A DNA stretch of 64,000 nucleotides from contig NC_090406.1 in the NCBI RefSeq assembly GCF_036365525.1, forward strand, positions 41,631,007-41,695,006. Direction: 5' to 3'. Under the pieces are notes generated by a model that was not told where the DNA came from, searched no databases, and saw only the letters and a program-made list of their open reading frames with translations. The DNA comes from Heterodontus francisci. Its lineage: Eukaryota. A program made the translations under genes and the position numbers. Each line of letters begins with the position of its first letter. The first letter of the stretch is position 1. Below are positions 38,776 through 52,845 of this stretch, one piece after another.

Positions 38776-41617
38776 AGAATCATAGAAAGTTTAAGGTACA
38801 GAAGGAGTCCACCTAACCCATAGTGTCTGTGCTGGTCGAAGAACGATCCACCCAGTATAGAATCATAGAGGCAAAGAGTTATACAGCACAGAAACATCGT
38901 GTCTGCGTTGGCCATCAAGCACCTAACTATTCTAATCCAATTTTCCAGCACTTGGCCCATAGCCTTGTATGCTATGGCGTTTCAAGTGCTTATCTAAATA
39001 CTTCTTAAATGTTGTGAGGGTTCCTGCCTCTACCATCTCTTCAGGCAGTGCATTCCAGATTCCAACCACCCTCTAAACCTCCTGCCCCTTACCTTAAATC
39101 TATGTCCCCTGGTTATTGACCCCTCCGCTAAGGGAAAAAGTTTCTTCCTATCTAACCTATCAATGCCCCTCATAATTTTGTATACCTTAATCAGGTCCCC
39201 CCTCAGCCTTCTCGGCTCTAAGGAAAACAACCCTAGCCTTTTCAGTCTCTCTTCATAGCTGAAATGCTCCAGCCCAGGCAACATCCTGGATAATCTCCGC
39301 TTCAACCCCTCCGGTGCAATCACATCCTTCCTATGGTGTGGGGCCCAGAACTGTTCACAGTACTCCAGCTGTGGCCTAAGTAGCGTTTTATACAGCTCCA
39401 TCATAACCTCCTTGCTCTTATATTCTATGCCTTGGCTAATAAAGGCAAGTATCCCATATGTCTTCCTAACCACCTTATCTACCTGTGCTGCTGCCTTTAT
39501 GGACAAGTACACCAAGGTCCGTCTGACCCACTGTACTTCCTCAGGCCCTACCATCCATTGTACATTCCCTTGCCTTGTTAGTCCTTCCAACATGCATTAC
39601 CTCACATTTCTCAGGATTAAATTCCATTTGCCACTGTTCTGCCCATTTTACCAGCCCGTCTATATCGTCCTGTAATCTAAAGCTTTCCTCCTCACTATTT
39701 ACACACCACCAATTTTCATGTCATCTGCGAACTTACTGACCATAACCTCCTATATTCACGTCTAAATCATTAATGTACACTACAAACAGCAAAGGTTCCA
39801 GCACCGATCCCTGTGGTACACCACTGGTCACATGCTTCCACTAGCAAAACAATCCTCTACCATCACCCTCTGCGTCCTGCCACTAAGCCAATTTTGGATC
39901 CAATTAGTCAAATTGCCCTGGATCCCATGGGCCCTTAACCTTCTTAACCAATCTCCCACGTGGGACCTTATCAAAAAACCTTACTGAAGTCCATGTAGAC
40001 TATATCAACTGCTTTACCCTCATCTACACATCTAGTCACCTCCTCGAAAAATTCAATCAAGTTAGTTAGACACGATCTCCCCCTGACAAAGCCATGCTGA
40101 CTCCTGATTAATCCCTGCCTCTCCAAGTGGAGATTAATCCTGTCCCTCAGAATTTTTTCCAATAGTTTCCCAACCACTGATGCTAGACTCACTGGCCTGT
40201 AATTACCTGGTTTATCCCTGCTACCCTTCTTGAATAATGGTACCACATTCGCTGTCCTCCAATCCTCTGGTACCTCTCCTGTGGCCAGAGAGGATTTGAA
40301 AATTTGTGTCAGAGCCCCTGCTATCTCCTCCCTTGCCTTACATAACAACCTGAGATACATCTCATCTGGGCCTGGGGATTTATCCACCTTCAAGCCAGCT
40401 AAAACAGCAATACTTCCTCCCTCTTAATGCTAATATGTTCAAGTATATCGCAATCTCCCTCTCTGAACTTTTCCCTCAAATCGTCCTCCTCCATCGTGAA
40501 CACAGATGAAAAGTAATCATTTAAAACCTCACCTATGTCCTCTGGCTCCACACACAGATTACCACTTTGGTCCCTAATGGGCCCTACTCTTTACCTGGTT
40601 ATCCTCTTGCCCTTCATATACTTATAAAACGCCTTAGGATTTTCCTTTATCTTGTCTGCCAGTGTTTTGTCATGTCCCCTCTTCGCTCTCCTAATTACTT
40701 TTTTAACTACCCCCCCTACACTTTCTATACTCTCGTGCTGTTTTCAGCACTCTGAATCTGCCATAAGCCTCCTTTTTTTTCCTGATCCAATCCTCTATAT
40801 TCCTTGACATCCAGGGTTCCCTGGACTGGTTGGTCCTACCCTTCACCTTAATGGGAACATGTTGGCTTTGAACTCTCATGTTTTCATCTTTAAGTGACAC
40901 CCATTGGTCTGATGTATACTTTCCTATAAGTAGTTGCTCCCAGACCACTTTGGCCAGATCCTGTTTTATCAAATTGAAATCTGTCTTGCCTAATTCAGTA
41001 CCTTTATTTCCTGTCCAGTTTTGTCCTTTTCCATAACTATCTTAAATCTTACAGAGTTATGGTCACTATCCCCAAAATGCTCCCCCACTGACACTTCTAC
41101 CACTTGTCCGGCTTCATTCCCTACAATTAGGTCCAGTACTTTCCCTTCTATTGTAGGACATTCCACATACTGGCTGAAAAAGCTCTCCTGTATGCACTTT
41201 AAGAATTCCACCCCCTTTAAGTCTTTTGCACTAAGAATATCCCAGTTGATATTGGGGAAGTTGAAATCCCCTACTATTATTACCCTATTATTTTTACACC
41301 TCTCTGAGATTTGCCTACATATCTGCTCCTCTAGCTCTCCCTGACTGTTTGGAGGCCTGTAGTGCACTCCCAGCCAAGTGATTGCCCCCTTTTTGTTTTT
41401 AGGTTCTACCTATATGGCCTCATTTGAGGAACCTTCTAAGATATCATCCCTCCTTACTGCAATAATTGACTCCTTGATCAACAGTGCAATGCCACCTCCT
41501 CTTTTACCCCCTCCCCTGTCTTGCCTGAAGATTCTATACCCTGGAATATTGAGCTGCCAGTCTTGCCCCTCCCTCAACCATGTCTCTGTGATATCAACAA
41601 TATCATAATCCCATGTG
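38776..41617 (-). mobile_element. CR1 LINE ORF2, frameshifted
   Basis: APE and RT motifs across ORFs 39030..41718. Confidence 0.9.
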
Positions 41618-44600
41618 CTAATTACACCTTCCAGCATCTGGTCTGTAGCCCTGCAGATTACAGCACTTGAGGTGAATATCCAGACTTCTGTTGAATGAGT
41701 TGAGGATTTCTGCTTCAACTACCCTTTCAGGCAGTAAGTTCCAGACTCCCACCACACTCTGGGTGGAAAAAGTTTTCCTCATCTCCCCTCTAATCTTTCT
41801 ACCAATCACTTTAAATCTATACCTCCTAGCCACTGACCTCTCTGCTGAGGTGAATATACCCTTCACCTCCACTCTATCCAGGCTCCTCAAATTTTTGTGC
41901 ATTTCAATCAGATCTCCCCCCTCAGCCTTCTCTGTTCCAAGGAGAACAACCCCAGACTATCCAATCTTTCCTCATAGCTACATTCTTCCTGTCCCAGCAA
42001 CATCCTCGTAAATCTCCTCTGTACCCTCCCGAGAGCAATTACATCCTTTCTGTAGAACTACACACAGTACTCAAGTTGTGGCCTAACCGATGATTTATAC
42101 AGTTCCAGCATAACCTCCCTGCTCTTATATTCTATACCTTGGCTAATAAGGGAAAGGATTCCACATGCCTTCTTAACCACATTATCGACCTGTCCTGCTA
42201 TTTTCAGGAATCTGTGGCCATTCACTCCAAGGTCCACCACTTCCTCTACACTTCTCAGTATTTTCCCATTAATCATGTATTCCTTTGCCTTGTTTGACCT
42301 CCCCAAATGCATCACCTCACACTTCTCTGGGTTGAATTTCGTTTGCCACTTCTCTGCCCATCTGACCAGATCATCAATATCTTACTGCAGCCTACAGCTA
42401 TCCTCCTTGCTATCTACCACACAGCCAAGCTTTGTGTCATCTGCAAACTTCTTGATCATGCCCCAAACATGTACGTCCAAATTGTTAACATATACCACTA
42501 AAAGCAGGGGACCCAGTACTGAGTCCTGTGGAACGCCACTGAAAACAGCCCTCCAGTCACAAAAACACCCGTCAACAATTACCCTTTTTACCATGTGGAC
42601 CTCGTCAAAAGCCTTGCTAAAATCCATGTAGACCACATCAACTGCACCACCTTCATCAATCTTCCTTGTTACTACTTCAACAAATTCAATCAAGTTGGTC
42701 AGACAAGATCTTCCCTTAACAAATCTATGCTGACAGTCCATGATTAATCCATGCCTTTCTAAGTGATAGTTTATCCTGTTTCTCAGAATTGATTCCAATA
42801 ATTTTCCCACTAATGAGGTTAGACTGATTGGCCTGTAATTATTCAGTCTATCCCTCCCTCCCTTTTAAACAGAGGTACAACGTTAGCAGTACTCCAGTCC
42901 TCCGGCACAACATCTGTATCCAGTGAGGATTGGAAAATGATGGTCAGTACTTCTGCTATTTCCTCTCTTGCTTCGTTTAACAGCCTGGGGTACATTTCAT
43001 CCGGTCCTGGTGATTTATCAACTCTCAAGGATGCTAATCCCATTAATACTTCATCTCTCCCTAAGTTTATCACATCCAATGCTTCACACCCCTCTTCTTT
43101 AACTACAATATCTGCATCGGCCCCCTCCTTTGTGAAGACAGACGCAAAGTGTTCATTAAGAATAATACCAACATCTTCCACCCCTACACATAGGTTACTT
43201 TTTTGGTATTCTATGGGCCCTACTCTTTCCTTAGTTATCCTCTTACTCTTAATGTATTGATAAAACATCTTTGGGTTAACCTTGATTTTGCTTGCCAATA
43301 CTCTTTCATGGTCTCTCTTAGCTTTCCTAATTTCCTTTTTGATTTCACCCCTCCACTTTCTATACTCCTCTCAGCTTTCTGTAGTATTGAGTTCTCGGTG
43401 TCAGACATAAGCTTTTCTTTTCTGCTTGATCTTATCCTGTGAGCTCCTTGACATCCATGGGGCTCTAGATTTGGCCGTTCCACACTTTTTCTGTGTGGGA
43501 ACATGTTTACTCTGAACTCCTTTGAATGCCACCCACTGCTCTGACACTGATTTACCTTCAAGTAGCTGTTTCTAGTCCACTTTCGCTAAATCACTCCTCA
43601 GTTTAGTAAAATTGGCCTTGCCCCAATTGAGAATTCTCTGTCCTTTTCCATTATGATGTTAAAACAGACTGAATTATGATTACTACCACCAAATGGTCTC
43701 CCACTGCCACTCCTTCCACCTGCCCATCTTCATTTCCTAAAATTAAGTCTACAACTGCGCCCTCTCTTGGACTTGCTACATACTGGCCAAAAAAGTTCTC
43801 CTGAATGCAACTCAAGAATTCTGCTCCCTCAATTCCTTTCACACTAAAACTATCCCAGTTAATATTGGGGTAACTGAAATCCCCCACTATTACTGCCCTA
43901 TTGTTCTTGCACTTCTCAGACATTTGCCTACATATCTGCTCTTCTATCTCCCTCTGACTATTTGGGGGTCTATACTACACACCCAGCAGTGATTGCCCCT
44001 TTTTTGTTCCTTAGCTCAATCCATATGGCCTCATTTGTTGAACCTTCCAACATATCATCCCTCCTCACAGATGTAATTGTTTCTTTGCCACTCACCCTCC
44101 TTTCTTATCCCCCTTCCTATTGCATCTGAAAACCCTGTAACTAGGAACATTGAGCTGCCATTTCTGCCCCTCCTTAAGCCATATTTATTGTAATAGCTGT
44201 GATATTATACTAACACGTGTCTGTCTATCTGTGCCCTTAGCTTGTCTGCTTTATTTGCTATACTCATTGCATTGAAATCGATACCCTTGAGCAGTGCCAA
44301 ACTTTTTTTTAATTTTCTAATCCTCGTTTCCTCTGTCTTCCAGACTCATCCATTAATTTTCTGCTTTCCATTTTCATTCCTGATTTTGTCCCAGCTGAGT
44401 CTACCCTCATATCCCCACCCCCTGCCAAACTAGATTAAACCCTCCCCAACAGCACTAGCAAAACGTCCCGCACGGAACTCAGTCCCAGGTCTGTTCAGGT
44501 GCAACCCGTCCGGCCTGTACAGGTCCCATCTCCCCCAGAGCTGGTCCCAATGTCCCAAGAATCTAAAGCCCTCCCTCCTGCACCATCTTTCCAGCCACAA

Positions 44601-45915
44601 ATTCCTCTGTCTTATCCTTCTCGTTCTGTACACAATTGTGAGTGGCACTGAGAGTAATCCCAAGATTACTACTTTTGAGGTCCTGCTTGCTAATCTTTAA
44701 CATAGCTCCCTAAATTCTGACTGCAGGACTGCATCCCTCTTTCTACTTATGTCATTGGTTCCGATGTGGACCACAACTGCTGGCTGTACGCCCTCCACCT
44801 TCAGGATGCTCTGCAGATGGTCAGTGACATCCATGACCCTGGCACCAAGGAGGCAACACACCATCCTGGATTCATGCCTGTGGCCACAGAAATGCCAGTT
44901 TGTTCCTCCTATTGAATCACCTGTCACTATGGCTCTTCCAGTCTTCCCTGTACTCCCTTGTGCAGCTGAGCCACCCGTGGTACCATGGCCTTGGCTCTGG
45001 CTGTGCTCCCCAAATGAACCATCAGTCTCATCAGTATTCAGAACAGGGGTCTCCTGCACTACCTGCCTGTTTCTTTTTGACTGCCTGGCAGTCACCCATT
45101 CCCTCTCTCCCTGCATACTCTTAAGCTGTGGGGTGACCACATCTATAAACGTGCTATCCACGTAGCTCTCATCCTCACAAATGCACTGCAGTGTTGCCAG
45201 CTGCTGCTCAAGTTCCGAAACCTGGAGCTCAAGCTGCTGGAATTGATGACATTTCCTGCACAAATGGTTCTCCAGGATAAGGGAAGCACCCTGGAGCTCC
45301 CACATAGCACAGCAGGTGCACGCTCGAGGTTGAAGCAACCCTGCTATTCCTTTATTTATTAGTTGACTCTTTGCTACTGCTAAAAAAATGAAATGTTACC
45401 AATACTAAAACACCTTAAAACTATTAATAAAACCTTACTAGTACTGATAAATCCTGCTACGAATCAATACAGTTCACTAGTTAAAATAAAACTTTACTCA
45501 AAAAAGATAATACTCACCAGCTACTCACTTGTTCCTTATTATTAATACTTAATTTTCTACTCAATTTTAGTCTGCCAGTTGTTGAGATGCTATAACCCAG
45601 CTGTTCATAGATACTCCCTAACAGCAGTTACTCACCAACCAATTACCTTACAGCTTTCCTGTGATGACACTGTTCACTTTGTTTTTCAAACTCAGGCAGG
45701 TCTGGATTCCTGTCTGCTGCTCTCCCGGAAGGTAAGTGCTGTAGGCCGCAATCCTGGGACTTTATTTAACTGCTCCCCGCTCCATGTTCTGCCCACAGGT
45801 CCACTCCTGTCCTTTGCTGTCCTGGAAGGTAAGTGATCTAGGCTACGCTCCTCAGGCTTTATTTAACTGCTCCCCACTCTGTGTTCCTCCCGCAGGTCTG
45901 GTCCTGTCTGCTGCT
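41618..45915 (-). mobile_element. Near-full-length degenerate CR1 LINE with ORF1
   Basis: ORF1 44697..45338 with Cys cluster, coiled coil and SGNH-esterase-like GDS / VVHIGTND motifs; ORF2 fragments; repetitive 5' UTR. Confidence 0.88.
45690..45915 (+). repeat. About 97-bp tandem repeat (about 2.3 units) at the CR1 5' end
   Basis: Unit caggtc...ggaaggtaagtg...ctttatttaactgctcccc...tgttc...cag. Confidence 0.75.
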
Positions 45916-47398
45916 CTACTTCCACCTCTGTCATATTGCACATCTCCGTCCTTGCCTCAGCTCATCTGCTGCTGCAACTCTCATCCATGGCTTTGTTTAT
46001 TCCAATACTCTCTTTGCCGGCCTCCCAACTGCTCCAACGTTTCCACTCAGCTACATGGGTGCGAAGTCATGCAGCAATCGGGAATGTGCCATGCAGGGAA
46101 CTAACAAAACATGCATAACCAGCAGTCCCTTTACGAAGTGCGAATGTGCAACCACATGGCAATGTTACAGGAATCGTGCAGTGCAACAAACGGACTGGGC
46201 ACAGTGAAGGGAAATTAAAGCGAACATTGTCTACCATCATCTGGAAACATGAGCTCATCCAAATTTCTGTTGCCCGTATCCTAATTTGCACCATCCAATT
46301 CACCTATCACCCCCATGCTTGCTGACCTACATTGGTTTTCAGACCAGCAATGCCGAGATTCTAATATTCTCATCCTTTTTAAAAAATCACTCTATGGCCT
46401 CATGCCTTCCTATCTCTGTAATCTCCTCCAGCTCTACAACCCTTCAAGATCTCTACACTCTTCCAATTCTAGCCTCTTGCTCTCCGCCATTGGCAACCAT
46501 ATATTGGGTATATACACTACCTCTGGAATTCCCTCCCTAAACCTCTCTACATCTCTCTCCTTTAAGACACCCTTTTAATGTACCTCTTTGACCAAGCTTT
46601 TGGTCACTTGTCCTAATGTCTCTTTATGTGGCTTGGTATCAAATCTTTGTCTGATTATGTAACACAAAGCTTTTGTTTCATACAGTAGTGGTGTCAAAAC
46701 TACAGTCCTTGGGCCAGACTGCGTTTTAGCAATAGAAGCCTAGGAAAATCAGTTCTATTTGTGCCTACATTTCTGATTTGCTGTCCTATCGAGTGGACTG
46801 TTTGACCATCTTAACTTGATAGTTATCCCAATGCTCTTCTTTTTAAGACTATGTAGGGTTGCCCAAGTTGGGACAAGTTGGATTTTGCTGGATGAGTGAA
46901 ATGAAGATTCACTTGTCATGAGACAGTCCTCCTAATTCATGCAGCTACACCCAGCACATTATTAATATCATTTCCTAGAGCAGGGGTTCTCAACCGTTTT
47001 GCTGCTGAAGCCCCATCCAGTGTTGTAGAAATTGCTCGACCCCCTGTAATATAGGTAGTTTTTCTATAAATTTAGTTAGATAATTAAGCATATACATTAA
47101 TTATTAGTTTTGTTTTACTTAACGTGTAACTTGTTGCTGGTGCTCAATTTTGATACTGGAAATAGTCAGCAGGTCAGATGGCATCTTTGTGAAGAAAGAA
47201 AGAGTGTTAACATTTCAGGTCAATGACCTTCCATCAGAACTGGTCATCAATCAGAAATGTTAACTCTGTTTCTCTCTCCACTTTTCAACTTTTTATTTCA
47301 TATTTCCAGCATCCGCAGTATTTTTGTTTGCCTGTACCTACTCCTAAAAGTACAATAATCCCTCCCCTCCCCTAGATATATATGGAAACTTTACAGAT

Positions 47399-48218
47399 TG
47401 TGGTGAAGTCCTTGTGTGCATTCTGGTAAGCTAAGCAGTTGAGTGGACTACTCGGTGCTATGGCTTTGGATTCAAAGCATGTGTTTTTTTCTAAGACAGT
47501 CATTCACTGGAAATGAAACTGAAAGCTCCAGACAGTTCTGGAAAAGACAAGACTGGGTCTAAACAGTTTGAAACACAGTCTTATAAATAGAAACATATGA
47601 CTGGAGCTCAGGCTTCAGTTTAGAAGTGGATGGAAGCAAAAACAGCCAGCTGTTGTTTTAAAAACAAAGATTTGATTCTGCAAGAGGGCCCTCGGCAAAG
47701 ACAAGCAGCTCGAGTTGTTTCGGTGACTTAAAGAGTTACTTAAGGCAGCACTGGTGGAGCTACGCCATCAGGACTGTTGTGGGAAAACATGGAAATTACG
47801 GTAGGGTTTGCAGCTTTGGTGGAGATAATATCGGTGGAGTTTGGATTGCAGGGGAACCGCCAATGAATGGAAATCGGTGTTTGCATCTTGGAAGATTAGT
47901 TTTGGAGATCTTTTTGAAAAGCTCAAAGATCTGAAGGATTTTATGGCTGTAATTGGTGTAACATTTGCTGACAGGACTATTCAGAATTGTGAGAATTATC
48001 ATTTGATAATCATCTGATAATTAACGATTAATCTTTACAGATATATATATCGCCCATGATTTAACTGTTAGTTCACATTTAAATTATGTTGATTTTGGTT
48101 TGTGTGTTAAAGTAAAATTTGTAAAAGTGAAATCTTGCCTATTTTGTTTCTTAAACTGGGATCGGTTGGTGGATTTGATTCTTTTGGTTTGTTGATGGTC
48201 TCCACAGGGATCATAACA
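47399..48218. mobile_element. Solo LTR, paralogue of 15647-19029
   Basis: tgtggtga...tcataaca, perfect TSD agat. Confidence 0.8.
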
Positions 48219-48543
48219 AGATGGAAATCAAAAAAGCAATCTCTACATTGCGAAAGTTATAAAATGATGAAACTAAGAGACCTGTGAATTTTATATATTA
48301 GGAGTGAATCACTCATGTTGGTTGCCATCTGCCCCACTCTGAAGATAAAGCTGCCCGAATCCTTTCTGATAACTCATACCCTGCCACCAGCATGACTCAA
48401 TTGCCTGTGTATCAAAGTCCCAGGTACCTGGCACTCAGGGGTACGGTGTCCTCCCATCATGAACTGAAGTGTAGTGCAGAAGTATTTCATTCAAACACTA
48501 CTGAGGCCCATCTGATTTGCCTTACTTGCTATTTCAAGGGCTA

Positions 48544-49293
48544 TGTAGGATTTTTGTGTTTAGGTGGGATGTTGACTAGCTTTTGACCCACATGGTACAA
48601 ACTCTGGCTTCTTAATCAAGATAGAGAGTTTATTAAGTACAGCTAGAATATACAAGCAATACTTAATCAATGGCAGTAGTTATACAGCAGGATATAGGGT
48701 GTCCTCGGTCCTTGCCTTCTGAGCTGCTGCGACACCGTCTTCTTTCTTGAGCTGTTCTGTTGACTGTAGATTGGTTTTGTTTTGAATTGGTGCACCCAGA
48801 GTTGTCCCAGCACCTGCCATTTATGGCCCGTTTGAGGGTTCCTTCCTTCCATATTCGGTTATAGTCCCCTTAAACCCTTTGATTGGTCAGGTATAACCTC
48901 ACCTTCTGTAGATTATCCCTTCTTGATTAGTGTAGAATAATCGATTACAGCAGATATGACCCTACTCTCTGTACATTGTCTCTGCAGACAGCTTGATGGC
49001 CCAGTCATTGTAACACAATGGGAAATGTTTGTTGTCCCCATCAAGAACATTCTCACCATCTCCCCACTATAGTATACCAATATACATTTCACATTTAACA
49101 TGATTCTAAACACAAAGTCCACAACTTGGTTCTAATATATACAAAGTATAACTATTCCCAAGCACAACTGCAACATTACTTAAAATCATTCTAATTTAAA
49201 ACATAGCATCTCATGTGAGCTTTAACCAGACCATAACTTACAGGCTCACCCAACAGATAAAACACGGCAGAAGTTAACCCTTTTGTTCCAACA
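48544..49293. mobile_element. Solo LTR, 750 bp
   Basis: tgtagga...tccaaca, TSD gcta/gctg, empty site at about 19355. Confidence 0.82.
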
Positions 49294-50201
49294 GCTGCTA
49301 TCCAGCTCTGGCACATTTTACATGCTACCACACTGTGTACAGGCCGTGAAAGCTGCTGTTGTGTTCACTGCTACGCATATATGGCTATGCTGAGGAAACT
49401 GTGGCCGAAAGCAGGCAACAAAAAAAAATCAGGTGAGCAGTTGGATTTTACCAGCAGTGGCATTCGAGTGCAGGTATGGTACAGCTTATTTTTGGTGGAT
49501 CACTTGAAACCTTCTTGTAGGAGCCATGGACCCTCAGTTGAAAACCCCAAACTATCTTAATGGCTTGAACACTCAATTGCTGAAGTTGTGGCCACCAAGC
49601 GATGGGTCCTTGTATAAAATGGGACCAATTTCAAACCGCCTGAGCTTTCTATAGTTGAGCCTGGTAATCGGTATATTTTACTCTCCTGCCCTCTAAAGCA
49701 TGTCCATGATTGTACTGGTACTGACAGGGGTGTTGGTGATATCAATTATCTGCCCTCAGGAACTTGATGGTGTCAGACTCTTGGGGCCAGTGCATAATTC
49801 AGACTCCATCATCATTATGGTGACCAAGTGAGATTGTGATTTTTTGTCCAAAGATACTTATGATTGCTTTGCTTTGGGAACTGTTCCTTTAAATTGCAGA
49901 TCAGCACTTTAAAAGATGTCTGTGATTCAGATTTCAGTATAAAATGTATTGCTTTTGAAGTAATGGCAAATAGAGTGATGTATGCAGACTTTCAGAAAGT
50001 CTTTGACAAGGTTTCACACAGGAGACCACTGGAGAAGATTAAGGGATAGTGGAAGTAGGTGAGAAATAACTAATTGGATTAAAACTGGTTATAATGGAAG
50101 AAGCAGAGTGTAAGGGTTAAGGGCACTTTCTCAGACTAGTTGCAAGTGGGTAGCGGTGTTGCACAGTGTCTGTTCTGGGATCATTTCCAAAACAAGGATA
50201 G

Positions 50202-51489
50202 TGTTACCACCAGGTGAGGAAGTTGGCTGTGGGTCTTTTACTGGCTTCACCTGGTCTTATTGCAACTGGGTTTTAATTTTTAAATACACTGCTTTTTTTA
50301 GCTCCTCCTTTGGTGAATCTTTGTTCACAGCTTTCCCATTATAAGGCAAAGAGACCAACACACCAGGTTTTCTGAGGTTTAAAGATGAAATTTTATTAAA
50401 ATTAAACTCTAATACAGTTAACGCCTACAGATATACAACGTGCCCACACTAGCAGGCACATGCGGTACGCACATGCAGATAGGGGCAGAAAAGAGAAGAA
50501 AAGATAAGGTACAACAGTTTGAGGCAATATCTTATTACTGTGCTTCCAGCTCATGGTATAGTCCTTTTGTAGGTAATTCTTGTTTTTTGTTGGGGCCCAG
50601 TATTCTTTTTTTTCCCCCCAGTATTCTTCTTAAACCTTGTTCACTGTAGGAGACTTTTCCCTCTTGATTCATGCGTCTTCAATCGGTCTTCAGCTCTGTG
50701 AGAGATATATGCGAGTAGACAAACAGGACAGGACAGATATTCTCAGTCCATGAGCACACAGCTTTCTGGCCTTCAAAATCCCTGTTGGAAGTTCAAACTA
50801 AAAAAAACTCCGTCAGCCAGTCATGTGACCAAACTGGTCCGACCACGTCTGTGTATTCGGCCATCTTAGCTGTTAACCTGGAATGCTAGCCTTTCCACTT
50901 TCAACATCTGGTAATCAAAAGTCCACTGTGGGTTAAATTGGAGCAGGAAGTAGCTCCTTCGTCCTTTGAAGTACTTGCCTGTTGATATGCTAATGTCTCT
51001 CTCCAGCCAAAGTCGCCAATTGTTTTTTTAAAGCAAGCTCTTTCTTCACCAGCAATAGTTTAAAATCAATGTTCATGTAGTGAAATTAATTTTCCTCATT
51101 CTTGGCAGATGATTAGAGATACAGCACTGAAACAGGCCCTTCGGCCCACCGACTCTGTGCCGAACATCAACCACCCATTTATACTAATCCTACACGAATC
51201 CCATATTCCTACCAAACATCCCCACCTGTCCCTATATTTCCCTACCACCTACCTATACTAGTGACAATTTATAATGGCCAATTTACCTATCAACCTGCAA
51301 GTCTTTTGGCTTGTGGGAGGAAACCGGAGCACCCGGAGAAAACCCACGCAGACACAGGGAGAACTTGCAAACTCCACACAGGCAGTACCCGGAATCGAAC
51401 CCGGGTCCCTGGAGCTGTGAGGCTGCGGTGCTAACCACTGCGCCACTGTGCCGCCCTCATGAACATGAACATGAGGGGCTTGCCTGACA
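50202..51489. mobile_element. Solo LTR with nested V-SINE
   Basis: tgttac...ctgaca, TSD atag/gtag, empty site at about 21420. Confidence 0.8.
51115..51456 (-). mobile_element. HE1-like V-SINE, well preserved
   Basis: Minus strand gggcggcacagtggcgcagtgg (A box), gggttcgattcc (B box), V-domain, CR1-like tail. Confidence 0.88.
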
Positions 51490-52845
51490 GTAGAAACAAT
51501 CTGAAAACATATTCAGTGCACTATCTTGTCTTCAGGACATTGCAAAGCACTTCAAAACATATGCATTGCATATGAAGTGCAATTGCTGTTATAATTTGTT
51601 TTTGCCAGGAGAATATTGGACATATCTGAGAATCATAGCACTGAAAACTCAGCAGGTGAAGTAAATGCATGGTTTACATTTCAGCATTTCATTTCTGAAC
51701 CGAGATTCATTTGCCTGTCTGACATCCAATACAGGGTGAACAGAAATTTCCACCAATTAAGCCACTGTCTGTGGTTCCCACCATGAATCCCATTCTCTAG
51801 CTGCCAAGTCCTTCCCCCTCGCTGGCCACTGTCCGAGGCTGAACTGGACTATTCACCAACATTGCATCCGATTTGACCCTGAGCTGAGCTTCCAACCCCA
51901 TATCCTCTCTCTCACTAAGACCGCCTACTACCATCTCTGTAACATTGCATGCCTCCACCCCTGCCTCAGCTCATCTGCTGCTGAAACCCTCATGCATCCT
52001 TTGTTACCTCAAGACTCGACAATTCCAAATCTCTCCTCCCATCTATCTCCCATAAAGCAGTCTGTATCCTATGTCACACCAAGTCCCGTTCACCCATCAC
52101 CGCTGTGCTTGCTGACCAACACTGGCCCACGGTCAAGCAATGCCTCGATTTTAAAACTCTGAACCATGGCCTCTCTCCTCCCTATCTCTGTAATCAGCCC
52201 CACAACCCTCCGAGATCTCTGTATTCATCTAATTCTGGCCTCTTGAGCATTCCCAATTTTAATTACTGTGCCATTGGCAGCCGTGCCTTCAGTTGCCTAG
52301 GCCCTAAACATCTAGGGCTCTCTTTCCTCCTTTAGGATGCTCTTTAAAACCCACCTCTTCGACTAAACCTCTGAACATCTGCCCTAATATCGCCTTATGC
52401 AGCTTGGTGTCCAACTTTGCTTCATAACGCTCCTGTGAAGCACCTTGGGATATTTTATCACATTAAAGATGCAAAATAAACACAAGATGTTGTTGAGCTA
52501 GAAGGACCATGTAATGAGGGGCTTTTGTTATTTACATTAGGAATGTCCAACTGTAGCTCATGGGCCTGACATAGCTCCTGAATCATTGCATTCCAGCACA
52601 AACCCCCCAACTAAATCAATCTTATTGTGGTTACATTTCTAATTTGTTGTCCCATTTGAGTGAGCTGTTTTAAAGTGAACTAGATTATCCCAATGCTGTC
52701 CTGAACAATCTCCCATCCCATGCCCTCCATAATTGTCAGATCATACAGAACACTGCAGCCTGTATAATATCCTGCACGAGGTTCTGTTCACATAGTCCCT
52801 ACCCCTGCTAACCAACATTGACTCTCTTCAAGGTCTTCACTTCAA

